DNA of 64,000 nt, taken from an uncultured delta proteobacterium. GTDB lineage: Bacteria > Desulfobacterota > RBG-13-43-22. Numbering within the stretch: the first letter of the stretch is position 1; every line of letters starts with the position of its first letter. The stretch lies in contig CAWBOS010000010.1 in assembly GCA_963790475.1 (NCBI GenBank), positions 1,408,001-1,472,000 on the forward strand, read 5' to 3'. A model generated the notes under the pieces. It was not told where the DNA came from. It did not search any database and saw only the letters and a list, made by a program, of their open reading frames with translations. The position numbers and the translations under genes are program-made. Of this stretch, positions 38,891-49,915 are shown one piece after another.

Positions 38891-40483
38891 TTACAACAAA
38901 TCCTGATTAATGGATACCTTGGCTTTTTCCCGCAGGATACGGCTCCATTGTTCAAAGATAGCGTTTCGTTTCTGCTGTTGAAGGGCCTGTAAAAATCGCT
39001 CCTGGTCCTTCTCAAAATCTTCCATGGAGGCCGGGCGAGATTCCTTATAAACCACTATTCCATAATCGGGCCCCAATTTAAGAGGCTTTTCGGCTATGGG
39101 ACTGGAAGGTCCTATGGAGTACAAAACCTCCTGGATTTCAGGAGTCTCCGCCCAGGGTGGACGATTTTTGACCCGGGAAAAAAAACCGGTCTCTTCCACC
39201 GTTCGATTTTTTTCCTGGGCTATCTTATGAATGTCCTTCTTTTGCCTCAGTTCTTTTAAAAAAGCTTCGGCCTCCGATAAGGCTATCTGAGCCGCCTTTT
39301 CTTCTAATAAATCCTCTTTGACCCGAGATTCGGCTTGCGCCAAAGTCATGGGTTGAGATTCCTTTCTATCCGTCACTTGAAGAATCACAAACCCCCACTC
39401 GGAACCCAAATCCAACACCGGAGCCAGTTCCCCTCTTTTTAAGGCAAACGCCTTTTGGTTAAACTCTTTAACGCCTTCAATCCCGGATTTGGTTTCCCCG
39501 AAAATCATCCACTCCGTCTCCTTAATGGGGACTTTGAATTCCCGACTGAAGACTTTCAAATTGCCTTTGGAAAGGACTTGATCGTAGATATCTTCCGCCT
39601 TTTGGCGGGCCAGTTCACGGGCCTTCTCTAATTTCAGGGAATTTTGAATACTATTCTGAACCTGATCCAGGGGCTGGGGTTTGTTGGTTTTCGGATCTGC
39701 GAATTTTTGTTGGTTTTGCTGATAATACTCCTGGACCTCTTTTTCGGTCACCGTCACCTTGGCCTCAAAATCTTTGGGGCTGGTATCCAGATAAGCCATT
39801 CGAACCTGAACCGGGGTTCGATAACGGGCCTGGTTCTGAACAAAATAGGCCTTCAATTGATCCTGATTGATGACCACCCGGCTTTTGTAGTCTTCCCTTT
39901 TAAAACGTATGAAGTAGTCATTAATTTCATTATTCAGGAAGGAATAAAAATTTCGAACCTCCTCCGGTTCGATTTTGATAAAACCATTCAGGAAAGAAAT
40001 AACCCTTTCTTGAAGCAAGGCGGTTTTCTGTTCGGCCTCAAAGGCTTCCGGAGTCAGGCGGTTCATCTGAAGAATCCTTTTATATTTGACAGGATTGAAC
40101 AGGCCGTTCTCCTGGAAATAGGGCATCTGCTGAATGGCCCGGGACAGCTCTGCGGAGGTCACCGAAAACCCCAGAGCCTTTCCCATCTCCAGGACAAGTC
40201 TTTTTTCTATTAAGCTGTCCAGGACTTTCTTCTTGAATTCCGGGGAATACATGGTCTTCTCGTCTAATTGTTGACCATAAACATCTTTGATCCTATCTAA
40301 GGTTTGTCGATAGGTTTGTTGATATTCGCCAACGGAAATAGTTTCTCCGTTAACCTGGGCTACCCGTGAGGCCCTTTCGGAACGAAAACTGCCTACCCCC
40401 CATAAAGCAAAAACGAGAACAATGGCACCAAGAGCCAACTTGATTATCCAAGATTGGGCGTGTTTCCGCATGATACTGAGCAT
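38891..40483 (-). CDS. ppiD: PpiD-like periplasmic chaperone (SurA N-terminal domain)
   Basis: MLSIMRKHAQSWIIK + TM, VAQVNGETIS and FQENGLFN motifs; the parvulin domain looks reduced. Confidence 0.8.
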   Translation of the reverse strand: MLSIMRKHAQSWIIKLALGAIVLVFALWGVGSFRSERASRVAQVNGETISVGEYQQTYRQTLDRIKDVYGQQLDEKTMYSPEFKKKVLDSLIEKRLVLEMGKALGFSVTSAELSRAIQQMPYFQENGLFNPVKYKRILQMNRLTPEAFEAEQKTALLQERVISFLNGFIKIEPEEVRNFYSFLNNEINDYFIRFKREDYKSRVVINQDQLKAYFVQNQARYRTPVQVRMAYLDTSPKDFEAKVTVTEKEVQEYYQQNQQKFADPKTNKPQPLDQVQNSIQNSLKLEKARELARQKAEDIYDQVLSKGNLKVFSREFKVPIKETEWMIFGETKSGIEGVKEFNQKAFALKRGELAPVLDLGSEWGFVILQVTDRKESQPMTLAQAESRVKEDLLEEKAAQIALSEAEAFLKELRQKKDIHKIAQEKNRTVEETGFFSRVKNRPPWAETPEIQEVLYSIGPSSPIAEKPLKLGPDYGIVVYKESRPASMEDFEKDQERFLQALQQQKRNAIFEQWSRILREKAKVSINQDLL

Positions 40484-40576
40484 GGCTTACCTCAAAAATG
40501 TAGTTTAAGTTAAAGTTTTAAAAACTTAGATGGTTAGGGAATCGATAAAAGAGGCTGTGTTCGATAGCCCAAGGGC

Positions 40577-40712
40577 TAGTGTACTGTAACAGTATTCGCT
40601 TTTCAAGGTCGTCATTCCGGACTTGATCCGGAATCCATTCTTTTCAACCTGGATTCCTGCTTTCGCAGGAATGACAGATCAGGACTATCGTGAACCTGTT
40701 ATTGAGACACTA
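40577..40712. mobile_element. MITE with TAGTGT...ACACTA ends enclosing a REP-like double hairpin
   Basis: TIR AGTGTACTGTAACAG / CTGTTATTGAGACACT; core GTCATTCCGGACTTGATCCGGAATCCA...CTGGATTCCTGCTTTCGCAGGAATGAC. Confidence 0.65.
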
Positions 40713-40797
40713 CCTTAGGGGTAAAAAGGTTTTGTTTTTTCTTGCCTATAGCCTGTAGCCTCTTGCCTATAGCCTGATATCTTTGTTTGACTTAAAT

Positions 40798-40833
40798 AAA
40801 AAAGGGCCTCACCGACAGAGCAAGACCCTTTTT
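40798..40833 (-). terminator. Intrinsic terminator of the hdr-flx operon
   Basis: Minus-strand stem AGGGUCUUGC/GUGAGGCCCU followed by a U run, ~20 bp after the stop of the HdrD-like gene. Confidence 0.7.
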
Positions 40834-40852
40834 ATTCCCTTTGGAAAGGGGA

Positions 40853-42160
40853 TTATTCCTCTTCCTCCATCTCTTCCAGGACTACGCCGTCCCGTTCATA
40901 TTGGGCATCCCGCAAGGCCGTGGCTTTCTCGATCTCCTCTTCGCTCCAGGGCTCGATGATTAAGGATTCAGCCAGGAGCTCCCATAGATACATGGTCTCG
41001 ATCCCCAGTTGATATTCCTTGGTTAAGCTTTTTAATATCTGATCCCGGCAGTTATGGCACGGGGCAACCACCAGCTCCGCTCCGGTATCCCGGATCTGTT
41101 TGGCCTTGAGCCGGCCGTAGTAGATCCGTTCTTTTTCATAGGGCATGGCCCAGGCCCCGCCTCCGGCCCCGCAACAATAATTGTTCATTCCCGAGGGATA
41201 CATGTCGACAAAATTGTCCACCAATTGCTGGGTGATCCAGCGGATTTCATCGGAATAGCTCTTTCCCATGGCCATCTGGCTCTTTCGGGTGTAATTGCAG
41301 GGATCATGGGCCGTGGTCAGTTGCGGGTGTTTGGATTTATCAATGGTCACCCGCCCGCTCTGGATGTACTCGATCATCAGTTCAAAAACATTAACCACCT
41401 TGAATTCTTTAAAAGCTTCAGGAAACCAGTTTTGCAGACCAAGCCTGGTCGCATAATAAGCGTGGCCTCACTCCGGGAGGAGGAGGGTTTTACATTCCAG
41501 CCTCCTGGCATTCTCCAAAACCCGCCCTACTTGTTCTTTCCAGGCCGGATCGTCTCCGGAAAACAGGCCCCAATTAACCCCCTCCCAGTTGGTGGAAGAG
41601 ACCGTCCAGTCCTCCTTGGTGGCGTAAAAGATCTTCCACCAGAACTTCATGTCATCCGGTTCGCCGAAGGGCTCCTTGGAATTGATGGTGGTGATGATGT
41701 TGGCCCCTTTTTTATCCACCGGCACATAAAAGCCCGGGCATTCGTCATTAGCCAGTTCCTGACCGAGGTCGGCCAGGAGCGAGAGGAAATCATCCCGGGG
41801 GATTCCCAGGTTGTTTCCCCGCTGAAGGTTCATCATGGTCCCTTTATGGATCGGTCCGGGGACCTTGTCGCGGGCCCTCAAGGTCCGGGCCTTGCGGAAG
41901 GTCTTCAGCAGATTGACGCCCATCGGGCACTGGGCCTCACATCGTCCACACTGAGTGCAGATCCAGGGCCAGCGGGATTCAATCAGTTCATCATCCAAAC
42001 CCAGGGCGGCCATACGGATGGCCTTCCGAGGATCAAAGCCGTCCACACCGGTCACCGGGCAGCCGCCCGCACAAGTGCCGCAGGTGAAACAGACATCGGC
42101 CATCTTGGCATCTACGGCCAGTTTCCGGTTTTTTTTGTTAACAATCAAAGGTTCGGGCAT
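40853..42160 (-). CDS. HdrD-like Fe-S oxidoreductase (2x[4Fe-4S] + CCG domains), selenoprotein, 435 aa; split into two ORFs in the track
   Basis: CFTCGTCAGGCP, CTQCGRCEAQCP, LLPE-U(TGA 41468-41470)-GHAYY (the ECGH motif), HDPCN, CCGAGGG and APCHNC; hairpin at 41433-41453. Confidence 0.88.
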
Positions 42161-42353
42161 AAAATCGCTCCTTTTAAATAAATATTTTTAAATTTTATCC
42201 TATTTTGCTCTCTTATGGCAAGACAAATTAAAGGAAATCCACCGTTCTAAATTGTGAGGTATACGGTTTTTGGTTCAGGGTTTCCTTAAACCTCAAACCT
42301 TGGACCTTAAACCTTGAACTTCCAGGCCCCTTGACCCCTCGAACCCTTTTAGC

Positions 42354-43196
42354 TTAATATTCCCTGGGCAGAGTATTGAGCTTGGCCAGAGTGAATACCG
42401 GACCGTCCTTGCAGACGAATTCCGGCCCTACGCTGCACCGGCCGCACATCCCGATGCCGCATTTCATCCGGTTTTCCAGGCTCATGATAATACGCTCAGG
42501 AGGAAATCCCAGTTTTTCCAAAGCCGGCTGAGTGAATTTGATCATGATTGGAGGACCGCAGACCAAGGCATAAGCATTATCGGCACTGGGCGCCTTCTTT
42601 TCGGTGATAGCCGGTACAAAACCGATATTATATTTCCAGTCGGGATCATCGGTGCCGTCCACAGTAATATGGACCTTGATATCGTCCCGGGCCTCCCAGG
42701 CAGCCAGCTCCTCCTTATATAGAAGCATACCGGGCGTACGGGCTCCGTAGATGACGGTAATATCCTTGAATCGGGGACGATTGGCCGGGTCCAGGAGGTA
42801 AACGATCGTTGACCGTAAAGTGGTAAAAGCGAATCCTCCGGCCACGATGACCATATTTTTTCCTTCCATCTGATCCAGGGGATACCAATTTCCCATGGGC
42901 CCCCGGACTCCCATAATATCGCCCTCTTTCATGTTGTGCAAAAAGGTCGTCACTAATCCCGTCTTGTTGACCGTAAATAGGAGAAAACCTTTTTCGGTCG
43001 GAGAGGAGGCAATCCCGATGGGAATTTCCCCTTTCCCGGCGATGGAAAGCTCGGCAAACTGGCCGGAATGGTAGGCGAATTTTTTCTCATCTTCCGGATT
43101 AAGGAATACCAGCTTGAAGGTTTTTATATTACGATCTTCGGTTTCAGTAATAATCTGGTCAATGCGGACCGGATAGGGCAGATACGGATTTTCCAC
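42354..43196 (-). CDS. flxA: FAD/NAD(H)-binding subunit with a 2Fe-2S cluster (FlxA/AsrB/PyrK-like)
   Basis: GQFAELS, RGPMGN, AGG, VCGPPIM and MKCGIGMCGRC...VCKDGPVF motifs. Confidence 0.85.
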   Translation of the reverse strand: MENPYLPYPVRIDQIITETEDRNIKTFKLVFLNPEDEKKFAYHSGQFAELSIAGKGEIPIGIASSPTEKGFLLFTVNKTGLVTTFLHNMKEGDIMGVRGPMGNWYPLDQMEGKNMVIVAGGFAFTTLRSTIVYLLDPANRPRFKDITVIYGARTPGMLLYKEELAAWEARDDIKVHITVDGTDDPDWKYNIGFVPAITEKKAPSADNAYALVCGPPIMIKFTQPALEKLGFPPERIIMSLENRMKCGIGMCGRCSVGPEFVCKDGPVFTLAKLNTLPREY

Positions 43197-43282
43197 AAAA
43201 ACACCCCCTCTATTAGGCGCTTATTGGTTATATATCGACAAAGATTGGTCGATCCCTTTTGGCAAAGGGAACCCCCATTAAC

Positions 43283-43353
43283 CGTCTCCCCGGCGAAAGC
43301 CGGGGTCCAGGAAAAGATTAAATTCCTGGATTCCGGGTCAAGCCCGGAATGAC
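43283..43353. repeat. REP-like double hairpin
   Basis: CGTCTCCCCGGCGAAAGCCGGGGTCCAGG...CCTGGATTCCGGGTCAAGCCCGGAATGACG. Confidence 0.7.
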
Positions 43354-43440
43354 GAAAATGGGCTTTTGCGAATTTTTCAAAGTCAACTATCTTAAGTCTT
43401 AAGTCACAAAGGACCGTTTTATCGTTTCAAATTGCTTTGG

Positions 43441-44481
43441 TCAGGCCTTATAATCATTCATCAGTTGACAGACGCGACGGATGTCGATGTTCACCGGACA
43501 GAATTGCACACATCGTCCGCAACCCACGCAGGCCACGCCGTTGCCATATTTATCGACGTAGTATTTCAGTTTATGCATAAATCGCTGCCGGACCCGCTGA
43601 AGCTTTTCCCCTCTCGGATTATGTCCGGAACCGTGCTGGGTAAACAAGGGAAACATGCAGGAGTCCCAGTTGCGCATTCTGATCCCTTCGGTTCCTTTAA
43701 CCTCATCCTGGATATCAAAACACCAGCAGGTCGGGCATAAATAGGTGCAGGTGCCGCAATTGATGCAGGAGAACTGAACCTCATCCCAGAACGGGGCATT
43801 GAACAAATCCAGCAGCGGTTGATCCCTCAAACGGTCGGTCGGGACCTTGGAGGATATCATTCCCTCGGCCTGGGTCTTGATCTGGGCCGCCTGTTTCTGC
43901 TCCTTTTCGGAGACCGGTTTTCCCGGAGAAGTCTTTAACAACCCCTCCCCCTTCTCGGTCAAGCCCTGGATCAAATAGCTCTCCCCCAGATCGGTCATCA
44001 GGAGATCCAGTCCGGCGGTATCAAAGGGACCTCCTCCCACCGAGGTGCAAAAGCAGGTCGAACAGGGATGGTCACACCCCAGACCCATGAGGACCAGACG
44101 CTCCCGGCCCTGCTTCCAAAAAGGGTCCTCATAATCAGGAGTGACAAAATTAATGCCAACCAGATCATAAGCCCGGGCGTCACAGGGGCGTATACCGGCC
44201 AACAACCGCCTATTTTCTTTTTTCGGTTCTTCTTTCAGGATATGGGCTTCAGGATTCTCAGGGTCCAGACTGAACTGGAACATCCGTTCCGATTGGGGCT
44301 GAACCAGTCCCTTGGGAGAAAGCCGGGTATTCTGAAAAGAAAAATCCGGATCGGTTCCCTCGGTCAAGGCGGCGAAGTTACATTGATCCCCCTGGGCCAC
44401 AGGTCCGTACACTTCAAAGGATTTCTTAAGTTCCTTCAGCCAGTCATTGAATTTGTTTTTGGAGAATACTTTTTCGATCAT
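43441..44481 (-). CDS. flxB: 4Fe-4S dicluster protein (FlxB/AsrA-like)
   Basis: GIRPCD, CINCGTCTYLCPTCWCF, WDSC and CVGCGRCVQFCP motifs. Confidence 0.82.
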   Translation of the reverse strand: MIEKVFSKNKFNDWLKELKKSFEVYGPVAQGDQCNFAALTEGTDPDFSFQNTRLSPKGLVQPQSERMFQFSLDPENPEAHILKEEPKKENRRLLAGIRPCDARAYDLVGINFVTPDYEDPFWKQGRERLVLMGLGCDHPCSTCFCTSVGGGPFDTAGLDLLMTDLGESYLIQGLTEKGEGLLKTSPGKPVSEKEQKQAAQIKTQAEGMISSKVPTDRLRDQPLLDLFNAPFWDEVQFSCINCGTCTYLCPTCWCFDIQDEVKGTEGIRMRNWDSCMFPLFTQHGSGHNPRGEKLQRVRQRFMHKLKYYVDKYGNGVACVGCGRCVQFCPVNIDIRRVCQLMNDYKA

Positions 44482-44566
44482 TCGTCTGATCCCTTATACT
44501 GTATTTCTGGATAAATTTTTATTTGGGTTGGCCTAAGGCCTCGAGCCTATTGCCTCTGGCCCGTTT

Positions 44567-45517
44567 TTATTTTATAAATGCGTCCGGGTCATCAGGCAGA
44601 AAGACATCCAAGGGAGGTCTTCCTTCTTGGACTATCCCGGCTTCAAAGTGGTAAAGGTCCAGGATATCCTTTTCCAATTTTTTGGTGAATTGCCGGACCT
44701 TGATGCCCACCGGACAAGCCCGTTCACAGGCCCCGCAGTCGGTACAGCGGCCGGCGCAATGGAAGGCCCTCAGGAAATGAAAGGTCCGTACATCCGTGGG
44801 ATCCAGACTCTTGCCCATCCATTGAGGCCGGGACTCATCGACAAAACAGGTTGGACAATAACATAGGGGACAAGCATTTCTACAGGCATAACACCGAATG
44901 CAGGGACGGACTAGCTCTTCAAAATACTTCCAGCGGGCCTCCGGGTCCATGGCCTCCACCGCCCGGACGTCTTCATAACGGTCCACACCCGTCAGCTCAG
45001 TGACCAATTCGTCTACTAATTCATCGTAGATGACCGGATTGCGGTGGATACAGATGGCACAATTATCCTGAAGGAGATCGCCCTTTTTGAAGGTTTCTTG
45101 GAAATTTTTTCCGCTGACAATAATTTCATCCCCCTTTTCTTCGACCAGGGTGGGTTCTTTCCCCCCCAGCTTGGTCCAGACCTTGCGCCGGTCTACCATG
45201 CCCTGACAGGGAATACCGATGATATAGAGCTGTTCCCGCTTGATCTGTCCTTCCTGCAAATGAACGACGATATTACGGGAATCACAGCCTTTGGCCACGA
45301 TGGCCAAGCGTTCCTTCCGTTTCGGTAAATAGTTGGCCAGATTAATCCCGCAGAAAGAATCCCAATATAATTGATCAACCTGGTCCGGATCTTTGACCAC
45401 AATGGGTTCATTCATCATGGGGACGGTGCCTTTTCGATAACCTATAAAGGCATCGACCTTTTTTTCCATTAATAACTTCTTAGCTAAGTCTTGTATTTTC
45501 TTTGTGTATTCCACCAT
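44567..45517 (-). CDS. flxC: 4Fe-4S dicluster protein (FlxC/FdhB-like)
   Basis: KGCDSR, CIRCYACRNACPLCYC and CTDCGACERACP motifs. Confidence 0.82.
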   Translation of the reverse strand: MVEYTKKIQDLAKKLLMEKKVDAFIGYRKGTVPMMNEPIVVKDPDQVDQLYWDSFCGINLANYLPKRKERLAIVAKGCDSRNIVVHLQEGQIKREQLYIIGIPCQGMVDRRKVWTKLGGKEPTLVEEKGDEIIVSGKNFQETFKKGDLLQDNCAICIHRNPVIYDELVDELVTELTGVDRYEDVRAVEAMDPEARWKYFEELVRPCIRCYACRNACPLCYCPTCFVDESRPQWMGKSLDPTDVRTFHFLRAFHCAGRCTDCGACERACPVGIKVRQFTKKLEKDILDLYHFEAGIVQEGRPPLDVFLPDDPDAFIK

Positions 45518-45952
45518 CTAAGCCACCTCAGGCAAATGCTTTATAAAATGTTGGGCCGGTCCCAGGGCCTTGACCGCCGCGGTTACTTCGGTAACTACTT
45601 GCTGAAATTTGGTGGCTTCGGCCGAGGAAACCCAGGAGAAATGCAGGCGTCCCGGTTCGATCCCCATGTGTTCAAGAAGTCCTTTCAGCACGGCGAATTT
45701 CCGGCGGGCATAATAATTACCGGCGATATAATGGCAATCCCCGGGATGGCAGCCCGAAATCCAAACCCCGTCGGCCCCGCGGCGAAAGGAGGCCAGAATA
45801 AATTTGGGGTCCAGCCTTCCGGAACAGGGGATACGCACCACACGGATGTTAGGAGGATACTGCAATCGACTGACCCCAGCCAGATCGGCCCCCCCATAAC
45901 TGCACCAGTTACATAAAAAAGCTATGATTTTTGGTTCAAAGGGTTCGCTCAT
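45518..45952 (-). CDS. flxD: MvhD-like 2Fe-2S subunit (FlxD)
   Basis: FLCNWCSYGGAD, PCSGR and GCHPGDCHY motifs. Confidence 0.9.
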   Translation of the reverse strand: MSEPFEPKIIAFLCNWCSYGGADLAGVSRLQYPPNIRVVRIPCSGRLDPKFILASFRRGADGVWISGCHPGDCHYIAGNYYARRKFAVLKGLLEHMGIEPGRLHFSWVSSAEATKFQQVVTEVTAAVKALGPAQHFIKHLPEVA

Positions 45953-46058
45953 AATTTTTCCTTAGAAAGGTAAAATAAATTCAAGTATACGGTATAAGGT
46001 GTAAGGTAGGAGTATTCTTCATGTTTTAACCTTAAACCTTGTACCTTGCACCGGATTT

Positions 46059-49000
46059 TTAGGCCGCTTCGATCATGGCAAAAAGTTGCCCCTGATCAAA
46101 TCCCTTCAGATTGATGGCCCCGGATCGGCAAGAGGCCACACACAAACCGCATCCTTTGCACAGGGCGGGGTTAATTTCGGCTTTGGTGGTTCTTTCATTC
46201 CAGCCCGGTGCCGAATAGGGACAAATAGCGACGCAAATCCCGCATTGACTGCAAGCACTGGGATTGGTCTGGGCCACGGCGCCGCTCACCTGAATCTTCA
46301 GCCCGGCCAACAGGGTGATGGCCCGGGCCGCGGCTGCCTGAGCCTGAGCAATGGATTCGTCGATGGGTTTGGGATAATGGGCCAACCCGCATAAAAACAC
46401 CCCGTCGGTAGCGAAATCGACCGGTCTCAGTTTAGCATGGGCCTCGACGAAGAACCCGTCTTCATTTAAAGGCACTTTAAAGGCCTGGGCCAGTTCATGG
46501 TCTTTAGTCGATATGATAGCCCCGGCCAGGGTCAGCAAATCGGCCTGGATACGGATATCCTGATCCAGGATATGATCCTTGATTGTGACGAACAGCCCAT
46601 TTTCTTTGACCTCCACCACCGGCTTTTCATCAAGTGTATAGCGGATAAAAAGAATACCGGCCTGACGGGCTTCCTTATAGAGGTCCTCCCGCTCCCCGAA
46701 GGTCCTGAGGTCCCGATAGAGAATATAAATATCCCGATCGGGATTTTCTTCCTTTAACTTAAGGGCTGAATGGACCGAATGAGTGCAGCAGACTTTACTG
46801 CAATAGGGCCTTTGCGGTTCACGGGAGCCGACACACTGGATGAAAACAATGGCCTTGGCCTTCTCTACCAGGGGGTCCTTTCCGGCCATTTTCTGATCGA
46901 GGTCCAGGTGAGTCAACACCCTGGGGTCTTTGGCATACAGATATTCCTCTGGTTTTAATTCCTCGGCCCCGGTGGCGATGATCACCACGCCGTGTTCCAG
47001 GTCGGTTGTGACCGAGGGATCGTCCATTCCCGCTAAACGGGTCTTGAATTTACCCACAAAACCATCGACCTGGGTGACCTGGTGTCCGAGATAGGCTTTT
47101 ATTCGGGGGTGTTCATCCACCGAACGGACCAGATCTTTCAAATAACCCTGGATATCTTCACCTCGCCAGGTGGTATTTAATTTTAAGGCCTGCCCCCCTA
47201 ACCTGGAAGATTTTTCCACCAGGTAGACCTGATATCCTTGTTCGGCCAATTCCAGGGCGGCGGTCATACCGGCCACACCCCCTCCAACCACCAGCCCGGA
47301 TTGGGTCACCTCCACCTCGGTCTCCTGCAACGGTTCCAGCAGGGCCGCTTTGGAGACGGCCATCCGTACCAGGTCTTTGGCCTTGACCGTGGCGGCATCC
47401 GGGTCATTGGCATGGACCCAGGAATCTTGGTTGCGGATATTGGCCATTTCAAAAAGGTATTTATTGAGGCCGCTCTCGACCAAGGTCTCTTGAAACAGGG
47501 GTTCGTGAGTCCGGGGTGTACAAGCCGCCACCACCATCCGGTTCAAGCGGTGTTCCCGGACCACTTCCTTCATCTTGTCCTGGGTATCCTGGGAACAGGT
47601 AAACAGGTTTTCTTCCACATATTCAACATAAGGCAGCATCTTGGCGTAGGCCGCCACTTCCGGGACTCGAACCACGCTGGCGATATTAATGCCGCAATCA
47701 CAAATAAAGACCCCGATCCGGGGACGTTCGCCGGCCACGATACGGGGTTTGGGGACGATCTTTTCCAGGGTGAGGGTGTTTCTGACCGAGGAGAGGTTGC
47801 GGGCTGCCGCACAGGCCGCCGCACTGGCTTCGACCACCGATTGGGGAATATCCTTGGGCCCGGAGACAACACCGCAGCCGTAAATGCCGGGAACGGAGGT
47901 GGCCACTGGGGTAAAACTGCTGCTTTGCAGAAAATTATAATGATCCAGGGCCAGGTTTAACTTTTGACTTTGGGCTATGGTCTCCTGAGAAATCTCCAAC
48001 CCCACGGAAAGGACGACCATATCGAATTCTTCGTTGACGACCTCTCCTTTCTCGGTAATATAGGTGATCCTCAGGTCATCGGATCCCGAAACCGGATCGA
48101 CAGAATGGATGCGGGAGCGGATGAACCGAATGCCCTGATCTTTGGCCTTATTGTAATAGCGTTCGAAATCCTTCCCATGAGAACGGATATCCATAAAAAA
48201 GACCGTCCCATCGAATTCCTCTTTACTGTGTTCTTTGGCAATAATGGATTCCTTGATGGCATACATGCAACAAACCGCCGAACAATAACCATGATCGCAG
48301 TGATTCACATCCCGGGACCCCACACATTGGAGCCAGGCAATTTTTTTTGGTTCTTTATTGTCGGAAGGGCGGACCAGGTGGCCCATGAAAGGACCCGAAG
48401 CCGAGAGCAGCCTCTCAAACTCCATGGCCGTGACGACATTTGGTAATTTGGAATAGGAATAGGCGTCATATTGTGTAGGATCGTAACATTTAAATCCGGC
48501 GGCAAATATGACCGACCCGACCTGCAAGGTCAGGTCTTTGGGTTTTTCCTCAAAATTGACGGCCTTGCTGGGACAAAATTTTTCGCAGGCCCGGCATTTT
48601 CCCTTTTGAAAGAAAATACAATTTTCTTCATCAATGACGTATTTTAAAGGAACGGCCTGGGCATATTTGACATAGGCGGCCTTGCGGATTCCCATGCCCT
48701 CATTATAGGCATCATTGACCTTCTTAGGGCATTTCTCGGCGCATAAACCACAGGCAATACACTTATCCATATCGATGTATCGTGGTTTTTGATGCACCTG
48801 GATTTCGAAATTTCCCTCCTCACCGCTGATGGAGGTAACTTCACTCATGGTCAGTAATTCGATGTTGATGTGTCGGCCGACCTCGACCAATTTGGGCGAG
48901 ATAATTCACATGGCGCAATCATTGGTCGGGAAGGTCTTATCCAACTGGGACATCCCACCTCCGATGGAAGGGGATTTCTCAATGAGATAGACATAATAGC

Positions 49001-49106
49001 CTGAGTTGGCCAGGTCGAGGGCCGCCTGCATCCCGGCAATCCCTCCTCCAACCACCATCACCGCACCGATTTTTTGACCCTTGGATCTTTTTCTCTCTGA
49101 AGCCAT
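46059..49106 (-). CDS. hdrA: HdrA-like flavoprotein with two FAD modules, selenoprotein, 1015 aa; split into two ORFs in the track
   Basis: [20 protein letters not shown](TGA 48906-48908)-[13 protein letters not shown], second [15 protein letters not shown] module, ferredoxin motifs; hairpin at 48873-48890. Confidence 0.92.
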
Positions 49107-49233
49107 AGGAACTCCTGTATAACTGATTTTTAAGAATTAAAACTTCCAAACTCTAAATTAAATACTACGAATTTTGAAAGACCTCATGAATTAATTGAAG
49201 GAGGATTTACCTGTTTTCTTGATTCCCTGCAAA

Positions 49234-49800
49234 TCAATTTTTTACTTCGGTCTCCTTTTCAATAACCACCTGATCATTTTTTCCCATCTCCTTAAAATAG
49301 ACGTTGATCCGTTCTCCGGGTTTGGTTTCCAGGCGGATCCCGGAATAGTCAGCGCTTATGGGTAATTCCCGTCCCCCGCGGTCAACCAGAACTGCCAGAG
49401 AAATCCGACGGGGTCTTCCGAAATCGATCAAGGCATCCATGGCTGCCCGTACAGTGCGTCCCGTGTAAAGGACGTCATCCACCAGGATAATCGTCCTATC
49501 ATCCAGACAAACCGGAACCTCCGTCTTTCCGACAATGGGCTTGTGATTGATCCGGGTCCAATCGTCCCGGTAGAGGGTTATATCCAGGGCCCCCGTGGGA
49601 ACGGTCAGCCCTTTCTTGGCCTTAAGAAGCTCTTGGATTCTATGAGCCAGAAAAGCCCCTCCGGTGCGGATTCCGATCAGTACTAATCGCTCCGTTTCCG
49701 GATAGTCGGTTACCATTTGGGTCACCATTTGGTCCAAGGCCTCATGGATCCCTTCGGCGGTCAGGGCGGTCTTTTTCTTGATCCCTTTCATTATCTTCAC
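49234..49800 (-). CDS. pyrR: Bifunctional pyr regulator/uracil phosphoribosyltransferase
   Basis: LDITLYRDD, VDDVLYTGRT and VDRGGRELPI motifs. Confidence 0.93.
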   Translation of the reverse strand: MKIMKGIKKKTALTAEGIHEALDQMVTQMVTDYPETERLVLIGIRTGGAFLAHRIQELLKAKKGLTVPTGALDITLYRDDWTRINHKPIVGKTEVPVCLDDRTIILVDDVLYTGRTVRAAMDALIDFGRPRRISLAVLVDRGGRELPISADYSGIRLETKPGERINVYFKEMGKNDQVVIEKETEVKN

Positions 49801-49886
49801 CCAATTAATAAAAAGTAATTTTTATCACAAGCCTTTAAATAAGGTCAAGCAAAATATAGACGTTTTTTTTCATTTTGTTAAATCCC

Positions 49887-49915
49887 TTGACGATCCTCAA
49901 ATAAAAATTTAAAAT
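49887..49915 (+). promoter_or_regulatory. sigma70 promoter (TTGACG-17 bp-TAAAAT) upstream of lon
   Basis: Near-consensus match with correct spacing. Confidence 0.6.

Noticed and set aside
38641-39015. ORFs 38641..39015(-) and 38672..38992(+)
   Set aside because: Low-complexity translations of the octamer repeat that overlap ppiD.
45518-45952. Selenocysteine in the MvhD/FlxD subunit
   Set aside because: The ORF is continuous and both candidate positions are read as Cys.
48906-49106. Separate 66-aa gene or hdrA pseudogene (and likewise the split at 41468)
   Set aside because: The TGA is in frame at a conserved Cys position with a SECIS-like hairpin, so a single selenoprotein is the better reading.
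49234-49800. pyrR as a functional part of the hdr-flx operon
   Set aside because: It is co-oriented but separated by ~125 bp, with no mechanistic link visible; probably just a neighbour.
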